Shown piece by piece: positions 28,418 to 35,951 of a stretch of DNA of 64,000 bases (position 1 is the stretch's first letter; each line of letters begins with the position of its first letter). This stretch comes from Candidatus Woesearchaeota archaeon. Its GTDB lineage: Archaea; Nanobdellota; Nanobdellia; Woesearchaeales; JABIAG01. The DNA is taken from assembly GCA_018653365.1 (NCBI GenBank), contig JABIAG010000001.1, positions 634,586 through 698,585 on the forward strand, read 5' to 3'. The notes below the pieces were generated by a model. That model saw nothing but the letters and a program-made list of their open reading frames with translations. It was not told where the DNA came from and searched no databases. The position numbers were made by a program, and so were the translations under genes.

Positions 28418-28993
28418 ATGAACTATGAACTATTTGGGAGAAGGGTAGAGGCATACTTATTATCAGAATCTCCTCGAACAGTAGTAATAGATGTACTACA
28501 AAAAATGGAGGATTGTCCAAGAAGAATACCTCTTGGCGCACGAGACATAGCATGCAGTTGGGATTGCGGTGAAAGTTTTGCATTAGTTTATTATGATGCA
28601 GACAGACAACAAATATTTTCTAGAGGGTTACTTTTAACTGAGGAAGAGGTCCAATTAAGAGAAAAAACAGGCAAATTAAGAACCATTACAGTAGTTGGTG
28701 ATAAAACCGGATGTTCATATGATGGAGATCGAATGACAATCCAGGGTGCAGTAGAGGGGGGAACTATCCTGCCCGGATGTATTATTGCAATGGCTAAACC
28801 AACAGGAAAAGTTGGAAATCCAGAAGTAGACAGATTCTTTGATTATATTGCGACCCACACAAGAGAGGTCCTAGAAAACTGCGGGATAACCATAACTAAA
28901 CATCAGGGCATAACACAAATTATCACAGCATATCCAAATCAAATTAGATCTTCGGAAGACAGCAAAAACAGGAGAAGAGCCGGGTCAAACTAA
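28418..28993 (+). CDS. hypothetical protein, GC-richer ORFan
   Basis: I prefer the ATG at 28418 (TATA-like CTTTTAAAATG about 25 nt upstream) over the track's TTG at 28403. No domain recognised. Confidence 0.55.
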   Translation: MNYELFGRRVEAYLLSESPRTVVIDVLQKMEDCPRRIPLGARDIACSWDCGESFALVYYDADRQQIFSRGLLLTEEEVQLREKTGKLRTITVVGDKTGCSYDGDRMTIQGAVEGGTILPGCIIAMAKPTGKVGNPEVDRFFDYIATHTREVLENCGITITKHQGITQIITAYPNQIRSSEDSKNRRRAGSN

Positions 28994-29005
28994 AGATTTA
29001 TGAAT

Positions 29006-29896
29006 TTAACGCGTCAGAGCAGCAATTTTAGAATGATAAATTACTGGAATGTTTTTTTTAAACCGTCCAACTCTCGTTAAAACTCTACAACTCATACCAC
29101 GGGGAACTTTAAGATCAACTGCAGGTTGTTCTGATAACAAACCTTCATTAAAAGCAGGTACCCATAATTTAGTATAATCTTTTGTTGGTTCGGGATCCGC
29201 ACCCATCAGAATTGCCAACCCAGTTATGGGATCATGATGCTTTTCTATTTCGCTTATAGCCGCCATAAAAAGATTCTTGCCCTCTCTCAATCCGCGATCT
29301 TCCAGAATTCTAGAACAAGTGTCGTAAATACTCCAATAAAACAAACAGTTCAGGAAAGCAGCCCAATTAGAAGGTTTTGCCCCAGTAAGTTTTTTTGCCA
29401 AACTTTGCACCCCTACCAATTGCTCTTCTTCAACTCCCCCATTATTGGACGAGGCAACAACATCCCAGTATAACGGGAGGAGTTGTGGACCAATCTGCCT
29501 TCTCAATCGGATCCATGATTCAACCTTCTTTTGTCGCCGACAAGTCCAATCCGCAACAGCAGATGCCATGTTCTCTTCAATATCAATATAACCCAAGCCA
29601 TAATGGCCTTCAAACCCCTCAGCCTGCACTCGCTTGTGCCAGGCCTCATGAGCCACAGTATGTTTATCTTTAACAAAAAGTTCAGTACCCCTTGGACCAT
29701 AAAATCCCAGCACCTTAACAAGAGTTGCCTCGAAACCCTTACGTTTCATATAAGACAATGTTGAACTAGAAAAATCATCAAAAACATCAGTTAATGAAGC
29801 AGAGTCCCGTCTAATAGTAACTCTGGTACCGATTCTCGCACCAACACTCTTACAACAATAAATTAGATTAGCAGCTTTCTCTGTCATAACTATCAA
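29006..29896 (-). CDS. hypothetical protein with HExxH motif (possible metallopeptidase-like)
   Basis: VAHEAWHKRV contains HEAWH. Nothing else recognised. GC-richer. Confidence 0.55.
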   Translation of the reverse strand: MIVMTEKAANLIYCCKSVGARIGTRVTIRRDSASLTDVFDDFSSSTLSYMKRKGFEATLVKVLGFYGPRGTELFVKDKHTVAHEAWHKRVQAEGFEGHYGLGYIDIEENMASAVADWTCRRQKKVESWIRLRRQIGPQLLPLYWDVVASSNNGGVEEEQLVGVQSLAKKLTGAKPSNWAAFLNCLFYWSIYDTCSRILEDRGLREGKNLFMAAISEIEKHHDPITGLAILMGADPEPTKDYTKLWVPAFNEGLLSEQPAVDLKVPRGMSCRVLTRVGRFKKNIPVIYHSKIAALTR

Positions 29897-29972
29897 CTAG
29901 AGATAATATGCCGCAATATAAAAACGTTATTGAATCTCTTACCAAAACTTTATAAACGTTTTATTCTTTGTT

Positions 29973-31226
29973 TTGAATATGGTAAAACCCGGAGATTCAG
30001 TTGTTGTAATCACACAGGATGAAAGAATAGAGGGAATGTATTTAGAAAAACCTGCACTATTAAAACAAGACACTATTATTATTAAGTTAAGTAGTGGATA
30101 TAATATTGGAATAGATAAAGATAAAGTAAAATCAATAAGAGTTGTGAAAGAGTATGTAAAACCACGTTCTAAGAATAAAGAAATAAAACAAGATTCTAAA
30201 CTACCTAATGTTTCAGTGTTATCTACGGGGGGAACCATTTCTTCCAAAGTAGATTATAATACTGGTGGAGTAATTGCAGATTATTCTGCTGAAGATTTCT
30301 TAGAAATGTGTCCAGAATTATCTAATGTTGCAAATTTGAAAGCAAAAAAAGTAATGGGTATGATGACAGAGAACATAACTTATGATGAAATTTCTAAAAT
30401 AGCTATCGAGGTTGCTAAAGAATTAGAAAAAGCAGATGGAGTTGTTGTAACCATGGGAACAGATATGCTTGGGTACATTGCTGCTGCTCTAAGTTTTTGT
30501 TTAGATGTTAACAAACCCGTTATTATTACCGCTGCCCAGAAAAGTATTGATAGAGGTAGCAGTGATTCATTCTTTAACTTGATCTCTAGTGTTAATGCAG
30601 CTGCAAACTTCAATGGAAGTGGAGTGTATGTTTGTATGCATGGTTCATCTTCTGATGATTATTGTAATTTGATAAAGGGAGTTAAAGTGCGTAAGATGCA
30701 TACTTCACGAAGAGATGCATTTCGTTCAATAAATGAGAAACCAGTTGCTCAAATTTACGGTGAGGGAGAGATTAAAGTTGTTAATGATAGTTTTGAAAAA
30801 AGAGGTATGGGAAAAACAAGTGTTAAGAATAAGTTTGAAAAGAAAGTGGGACTTGTTTACATCTATCCCGAGATTAATGTCGAATTATTTGATGTTTATA
30901 TGGATTACAAAGGAATTATATTAATGGGAACTGGATTGGGACATGTACCTCAAACAATTTATCCCGGAATTAAAAAGTTAATAGATAAGGGAGTATTTGT
31001 AGGAATGACCTCTCAATGTTTGTATAGTCGTGTTTCTTCTACAGTGTATTCAGGGTTACGTGAAATAAAAGCACTAGGTGTTGTTTATTTAGAAGATCAA
31101 TTACCCGAAACAGCACTAATGAAATTAAGTTGGTTATTGGGTAATGGAAAAGATGTTAGTTTAATGACTTCAGACCTGAAAGGTGAGATGAATGATAGAA
31201 TAGAGTATGATACGTTTCTAATTTGA
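29973..31226 (+). CDS. gatD: Glu-tRNA(Gln) amidotransferase subunit D
   Basis: Asparaginase-type VSVLSTGGTISSKVDYNTGGV and VVVTMGTDML with the archaeal GatD N-terminal extension. 417 aa. Confidence 0.85.
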   Translation: MNMVKPGDSVVVITQDERIEGMYLEKPALLKQDTIIIKLSSGYNIGIDKDKVKSIRVVKEYVKPRSKNKEIKQDSKLPNVSVLSTGGTISSKVDYNTGGVIADYSAEDFLEMCPELSNVANLKAKKVMGMMTENITYDEISKIAIEVAKELEKADGVVVTMGTDMLGYIAAALSFCLDVNKPVIITAAQKSIDRGSSDSFFNLISSVNAAANFNGSGVYVCMHGSSSDDYCNLIKGVKVRKMHTSRRDAFRSINEKPVAQIYGEGEIKVVNDSFEKRGMGKTSVKNKFEKKVGLVYIYPEINVELFDVYMDYKGIILMGTGLGHVPQTIYPGIKKLIDKGVFVGMTSQCLYSRVSSTVYSGLREIKALGVVYLEDQLPETALMKLSWLLGNGKDVSLMTSDLKGEMNDRIEYDTFLI

Positions 31227-31784
31227 ACACTTTTTAACTTCTTCTAAATCAAAAGTTTTCGGACATTGTTTATTACAATCAATGTCTCTGGTTTGTTTAC
31301 ATAATTGACGTGCGTAAACTCTTTCTTGAACACACCCAAAAGGTTCAAAACCTTTCTTTCCACAAAAATCATCAGAACAATTACCCCTTACAGAATATTT
31401 TCTAACTCTAGAACAAACAAACTGAGTATCAAAATTAACATCACTAACAGTAACATCTGCCTCTGCCCAGGTTCTCGTACCAAAATCATATGCTTTGAAA
31501 GTTATCAACCCAGTTTTAGGGGGCCTGTAAGTAACCACCCGAGCAGCTAGCGGAGAGAACTTTTCCTTGTTTAGATTGAAAATAAGACCTTCGGTTTTTA
31601 TATGACCAAACCTTCTAGACTCTGAAAAAACATTAACATAACGATAAGTACCATCCCCACTCGGAGTAACAGTTATGGTAACTTCCTCACCCAAAGTAAT
31701 TACAGATTTAGAAGTAGAAATTTCAGTAGCAGAGACAAAGCTAAGGGATAACAACAACACTATAAGAATAATCCACCTCTTCAT
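31218..31784 (-). CDS. secreted protein with Cys-rich C-terminus
   Basis: Signal peptide MKRWIILIVLLLSLSFVSA. Ten Cys in the last about 70 residues. Confidence 0.6.
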   Translation of the reverse strand: MKRWIILIVLLLSLSFVSATEISTSKSVITLGEEVTITVTPSGDGTYRYVNVFSESRRFGHIKTEGLIFNLNKEKFSPLAARVVTYRPPKTGLITFKAYDFGTRTWAEADVTVSDVNFDTQFVCSRVRKYSVRGNCSDDFCGKKGFEPFGCVQERVYARQLCKQTRDIDCNKQCPKTFDLEEVKKCSN

Positions 31785-31826
31785 TTACACCTCTTTTTTA
31801 TCTTATTGGAAGATGTGTTTAAAAAT

Positions 31827-32504
31827 TTATTGGTGGTTAAGAGAAATTTTTCCAAAGTTGTAGAGTTTATCTTCCATTGGAATTATGACCTCAACTTCTT
31901 TAAGATCTTTTAGAAAGGGATCATTAATTGCTTCTCTTGTGATGTCAGTACCCTCAGTAGTTTGAAGAAAAGAGGGAAGAACATACAAAGTTTTATCTTG
32001 ATAATTAGCTTTAAGAAAACACTTGTACTTTTCTGACTTTGCTTCATCCTTCAAAGTAATAGCAGGGTGTAGATGAGCAATGATTATTGTGTTCTGTTTT
32101 ATATCCACTAGTTTATTACCATGACAGATGTAAATGTCATCAGTAATGTAATGATCAACTATTTCCACATTTCTTTTGTTTGCAATTGGACCAATAACCT
32201 TGTCATGATTGCCCTTTATTATGATAAGTTTAGAGTTTTCAGTAATTAAATCAATTATCTTCAGGGTTTCTCTCCACTCCTGTTCAGAGATAGTACCAAA
32301 CTCGTGTTTTATGTCTCCGTTAATGATTACTGTTTCAGGATTTGTTTGTTTTAATAGTTTTGTTAGACGGTTTTTTAACTTGTTAAATTGCAATCTTGGA
32401 ACTAGAACCCCTTGTTTGTTTAATGCTTCTTCATAGCCAATGTGCAGATCTGCGATTATGAGCGTTTTGTTTGCTAATATCCCCAGATCAATTAGTTTAA
32501 TCAT
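31827..32504 (-). CDS. calcineurin-like metallophosphoesterase (archaeal SbcD/Mre11-related small phosphoesterase family)
   Basis: IIADLHIGYE, INGDIKHEF, IKGNHD, AHLHPA. Confidence 0.8.
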   Translation of the reverse strand: MIKLIDLGILANKTLIIADLHIGYEEALNKQGVLVPRLQFNKLKNRLTKLLKQTNPETVIINGDIKHEFGTISEQEWRETLKIIDLITENSKLIIIKGNHDKVIGPIANKRNVEIVDHYITDDIYICHGNKLVDIKQNTIIIAHLHPAITLKDEAKSEKYKCFLKANYQDKTLYVLPSFLQTTEGTDITREAINDPFLKDLKEVEVIIPMEDKLYNFGKISLNHQ

Positions 32505-32565
32505 ATGAGTAGTAGAATGTATATTATTAAAAAGCTTTTTAAAGCAAGTTTGAACCCTTGAATTT

Positions 32566-32898
32566 ATGACCCCCTTAGAAGTCGGACAGAGTTATAGTCG
32601 AAGAGAAATATTAGATCGTGGAGCAATCAATTTAGGAATGTTTTCAGATTGTTTAATGTATAAACAAGGAGAAGATACTCTATTTTTTCGTGCTAACAAG
32701 ACTCAGGGAACAATGTGGGGAACACCATGTTACACAATACTGATTTCAGATATGGAACATAACATGGAAGAAAGAATGCCCTTAGTTACAGTCCTCGGCC
32801 CATCCAGACGTCAAGCCATTTTGCTAGCTAGTCCAGTTACTGCTAAAGACCCATCCAGACGTCAATCTCCTTTGCCAGTGTTGCCAGATCGTCCATAG
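32566..32898 (+). CDS. hypothetical protein (110 aa), GC-richer; 3' end uncertain
   Basis: TATA-like box about 28 nt upstream. The last 56 nt overlap the convergent wHTH gene and contain a 16-bp direct repeat. Confidence 0.4.
   Translation: MTPLEVGQSYSRREILDRGAINLGMFSDCLMYKQGEDTLFFRANKTQGTMWGTPCYTILISDMEHNMEERMPLVTVLGPSRRQAILLASPVTAKDPSRRQSPLPVLPDRP
32799..32865. repeat. 16-bp direct repeat CCCATCCAGACGTCAA, two copies 51 bp apart
   Basis: Copies at 32799-32814 and 32850-32865. TTGCCAG is also duplicated at 32871-32887. Confidence 0.7.
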
Positions 32899-33247
32899 AA
32901 GAGGCCAAATCTTTTTTAATTTCATTAATTACAATTTCTAAATTTTCTTCTCTAAGATAATAACGGTTTCTTATGTTAACAGCAATACCTGCATCCATAA
33001 GTTTGTTAAGATGATGAACAACAGTTCCTCTTGTTAAACTAAGTTTGTACGCTAATTCATCACTTGACAATCCAAGCTTTTGTTTAGCTGCCTTAAGAAG
33101 TTCTAAGAAAATTCGGTAACAAGATTTATCTTTATCTCTTAATCCAAAAAGACCTAGTGCCGATCCAAAGTATTGAAGATCTTTGTTAACATCAGTTTCT
33201 TTAGGTTTTCTAACCTGGATGATAGTAATCTTTCTACTGAACCTCAT
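32843..33247 (-). CDS. winged-helix (ArsR/TrmB-like) transcriptional regulator
   Basis: SSDELAYKLSLTRGTVVHHLNKLMDAGIAV is a classic HTH recognition segment. Confidence 0.7.
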   Translation of the reverse strand: MRFSRKITIIQVRKPKETDVNKDLQYFGSALGLFGLRDKDKSCYRIFLELLKAAKQKLGLSSDELAYKLSLTRGTVVHHLNKLMDAGIAVNIRNRYYLREENLEIVINEIKKDLASSMDDLATLAKEIDVWMGL

Positions 33248-33294
33248 GGTGTGTTTATAGTAATGTAGTTTAAATAAGTTTTGGTGTTTGCGAA

Positions 33295-33999
33295 TTATCT
33301 ATAAAATCTCTCAAGAATTTCTTTAATAATCAAAATAGCAGATAGTAAAGAAGATACACCAAATGCTATGGCAACACCCTGTTGTTTTCTTATATCTCTA
33401 ATACCAATTAAATCAAAGTAATGGACTGTGTTTTCAGTACGTTCAAACTCTACGGCAACCTCTTTTATACTATTGGATTTTGCGATTTGCATATAAGAAA
33501 AGTTAGGAATACAATTACCAGTACACTTGTAATTTTTACCCAGGTCAAAAGATACTTTTGGAATTGTGCCTGCTAATTTTGTTTTAGTGTGCGAGAAAAC
33601 AAACGTTCCAGAGGGTTCAATAAACATTTTGTAAGTTACCTCAAATTCCCCTGCTTTTATAGGAGTGAAAGAGATCACAGAACCCTTCTTCTTAAAATCC
33701 ACATTAGCATCGACATTAGAAATTTTGGTGGGAAGTTCAATATTAACTGTGGGCTTGCCTAGATAATCTTCTTCCGCTATTGCAAACGTTATTTTCCCTT
33801 GACTTTTTGTGAAATCGTGATATATTTTTAGATCACTAACCGTGTCAGCAACAGTTGAATCTAACTCCACACCATAAAGGTAACGTTGCGGAGGAATGTA
33901 TTCGTCTATGTTTGCTATATAATTAAAAGAAACTATTGAAATAATAATTAAAACTAATAAAAATAGAATTTCAACAGTAATAGCTCGACCATTTCCCAT
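33295..33999 (-). CDS. membrane-anchored or secreted protein, possible pilin-like N-terminus
   Basis: MGNGRAITVEILFLLVLIIISIV (short charged segment then hydrophobic helix) plus a C-terminal TM helix. Lies upstream of the wHTH gene on the same strand. Confidence 0.55.
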   Translation of the reverse strand: MGNGRAITVEILFLLVLIIISIVSFNYIANIDEYIPPQRYLYGVELDSTVADTVSDLKIYHDFTKSQGKITFAIAEEDYLGKPTVNIELPTKISNVDANVDFKKKGSVISFTPIKAGEFEVTYKMFIEPSGTFVFSHTKTKLAGTIPKVSFDLGKNYKCTGNCIPNFSYMQIAKSNSIKEVAVEFERTENTVHYFDLIGIRDIRKQQGVAIAFGVSSLLSAILIIKEILERFYR

Positions 34000-34036
34000 A
34001 ACCTATATTTTGTATAGTATATATAAAAATGTTTTT

Positions 34037-34070
34037 AAAAAAAATGCTCAGAAAGCTATGCTTTCTGGCA
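34037..34070 (-). terminator. hairpin plus U-tract terminator-like element, copy B
   Basis: Minus strand reads UGCCAGAAAGC-AUA-GCUUUCUGAGCA followed by UUUUUUUU. It lies 30 nt after the acidic micro-ORF stop. Flanks match copy A and the stem-top changes are compensatory. Confidence 0.6.
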
Positions 34071-34099
34071 CCCAGAATCGGGAAATAAAAAAAGTGCGA

Positions 34100-34171
34100 T
34101 TACCAATCATCGCTATTGTCATCGTTGCTAGCATCGTAGTCGTCATCATCTTCAAACATTATATGTTTCAT
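34100..34171 (-). CDS. micro-ORF, 23-aa polyacidic peptide
   Basis: GGAGGT lies 7 nt upstream of the ATG. Sequence MKHIMFEDDDDYDASNDDNSDDW. Below the ORF-track cutoff. Confidence 0.35.
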   Translation of the reverse strand: MKHIMFEDDDDYDASNDDNSDDW

Positions 34172-34182
34172 GGTTTGACCTC

Positions 34183-34221
34183 CTATTTCTTTTTAGCTTT
34201 CGCTTTAGTTTTTTTAGCCAT
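34183..34221 (-). CDS. micro-ORF, 12-aa polybasic peptide
   Basis: AAGGTGAG lies 3 nt upstream of the ATG. Sequence MAKKTKAKAKKK. Its stop TAG is embedded in the SD of the next micro-ORF. Confidence 0.3.
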   Translation of the reverse strand: MAKKTKAKAKKK

Positions 34222-34280
34222 TTACTCACCTTTTTTTCGTTATTTCCTGAGTAACAGGAATCGCGGTGTACAATTTAACA

Positions 34281-34293
34281 AGTATTTAAATGT
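34281..34293 (-). promoter_or_regulatory. TATA-like box for the micro-ORF unit
   Basis: Minus strand reads ACATTTAAATACT, 60-72 nt upstream of the ATG at 34221 and downstream of the helicase stop. Confidence 0.35.
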
Positions 34294-34326
34294 TATGTTT
34301 AATAAAAAAGAAAGAATAGAAAAAAA

Positions 34327-35523
34327 TTAATGAGAAAACCGAGGTCGTCTACTTCTACCACGATGTTGGTTAGAAGCAACAACTCTTGCTATCTTAATTC
34401 TGCTTAATTCTGGAGTTTGAGTTTTATTAATCTCAAATTCCCTATATTCACTCTTAACTCTACCAAAGTTATCATGATCATAGTCACAAAGTAAGTTAAT
34501 TACTTGTCCTTGTTCTCCTGCTCTTGCAGTTCTTCCAATCCTATGAACGTATTCTTTAGGACTTTTAGGAATGTCATAATTGTAAACGTGAGAAACGTTA
34601 TCAATATGTAATCCTCTAGCTGCAACATCAGTACAAACTAAAACGCCAAACTTACCATCATTAAACATTTCTAATGATTTGTTTCTTTTGTTTTGTGTAA
34701 ACCCGCCATGAATTGCGATTGATTTAATCCCATTCACTTTAAGAGTTTTCGCTACAAAATCAACAGTTTTTCTAGTATTACAGAAAACCATTACTAAACC
34801 ACGATCTTCTTTTTGTAAAAGATGTGTTAGTAAAGAAAGTTTAACATTTCTTTGAACGTCATAATAAACTTGTGTAAGCTTAGTTGGATCTACCATTTTC
34901 TTAGCAGAAACTTTCAAGGGTTCTTTCATATACTTTTGTGCAAGTCTTTTAACTTCACTAGGCATAGTAGCTGAAAAGAATAATGTTTGTCTATTAGTTG
35001 GACATTTTGTTATAATTCTTTCAACATCTTCAATGAAACCCATATCTAACATATGATCAGCTTCATCTAAAACTAAAAGTTTTACCTTATCTAGGTTAAT
35101 TGTTCTTCTTTCTAAGTGATCTAAAAGTCTTCCTGGTGTTGCAACAACAACATCAGCCACCCTTAAATTCTTAATTTGTGGTTCAATTCCCACACCACCA
35201 TAAACTGCCATAATATGTAGTTTACTTGATAGTTGTTTTAACATAGTTTTAACCTGCTCTGCTAGTTCTCTAGTAGGGGTTAACACTAATGCTTGAACTC
35301 CGTGTTTTGGTACGGAATGTTCAACAATACCTGCTCCGAAAGCAAGTGTTTTACCTGAACCTGTTGCTGATTCTCCAATAACATCCATTCCGTTCATAAT
35401 TGCAGGAATAGATTCTTCTTGAATCTGTGTAGGTTCTGTGAATTTTAGTTCACGTATTTTTGCGAGTGTATCATTACTCAATTTAAAGTCGTCAAATTTC
35501 ATTTTATATTTCTCCGAAAGCAC
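34327..35523 (-). CDS. DEAD-box ATP-dependent RNA helicase
   Basis: SATGSGKTLAF, PTRELA, VLDEADHMLD, FFSATMP, HRIGRTARAG. Confidence 0.9.
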   Translation of the reverse strand: MLSEKYKMKFDDFKLSNDTLAKIRELKFTEPTQIQEESIPAIMNGMDVIGESATGSGKTLAFGAGIVEHSVPKHGVQALVLTPTRELAEQVKTMLKQLSSKLHIMAVYGGVGIEPQIKNLRVADVVVATPGRLLDHLERRTINLDKVKLLVLDEADHMLDMGFIEDVERIITKCPTNRQTLFFSATMPSEVKRLAQKYMKEPLKVSAKKMVDPTKLTQVYYDVQRNVKLSLLTHLLQKEDRGLVMVFCNTRKTVDFVAKTLKVNGIKSIAIHGGFTQNKRNKSLEMFNDGKFGVLVCTDVAARGLHIDNVSHVYNYDIPKSPKEYVHRIGRTARAGEQGQVINLLCDYDHDNFGRVKSEYREFEINKTQTPELSRIKIARVVASNQHRGRSRRPRFSH

Positions 35524-35685
35524 TTATTATAGAAAAAGCGAAATGATTTAAACAAAAAATTTCTCATATTCGGTTAAATTTTTTGAAGTTCAAAATGTAA
35601 GCATTTTAAACACTCAGGTGCTCTCTCTTCATGCTGTCTTATTAATTATCAGGGGTTGGAGTTGGTTTATAAAGCTTTCGGTTTG

Positions 35686-35913
35686 TTACTGTGTAGTGGT
35701 TAAACTTTCACACGCAATTCCATCATTATTACTATCTAAATGATGAACATCTTCATCACACAGATCAAATACTTCTTGTGCGGCCTCTTGTGAAGTAAAA
35801 TTGTTGCAGTTGTACAGGTCTTCTTGACAGGTACTTACTGGCTCACTAGCAAATATTAAAACAATCAATACCACAAAAATCAGAAGCAATATTGCTAACG
35901 CATACGGTTTCAT
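35686..35913 (-). CDS. secreted Excalibur calcium-binding domain protein
   Basis: Signal/TM segment, then CNNFTSQEAAQEVFDLCDEDVHHLDSNNDGIACESL (DxDxDGxxCE). Confidence 0.7.
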   Translation of the reverse strand: MKPYALAILLLIFVVLIVLIFASEPVSTCQEDLYNCNNFTSQEAAQEVFDLCDEDVHHLDSNNDGIACESLTTTQ

Positions 35914-35951
35914 AATTATAAATTAGTAAAAGAATATTAAAATGTTTTTAA

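Noticed and set aside
34010-34330. 106-aa plus-strand ORF (TTG start) between the helicase gene and the 33999 gene
   Set aside because: It spans a terminator-like hairpin and poly-A/T runs. The opposite strand carries a promoter, two SD-preceded micro-ORFs and a terminator, which explains the region better.
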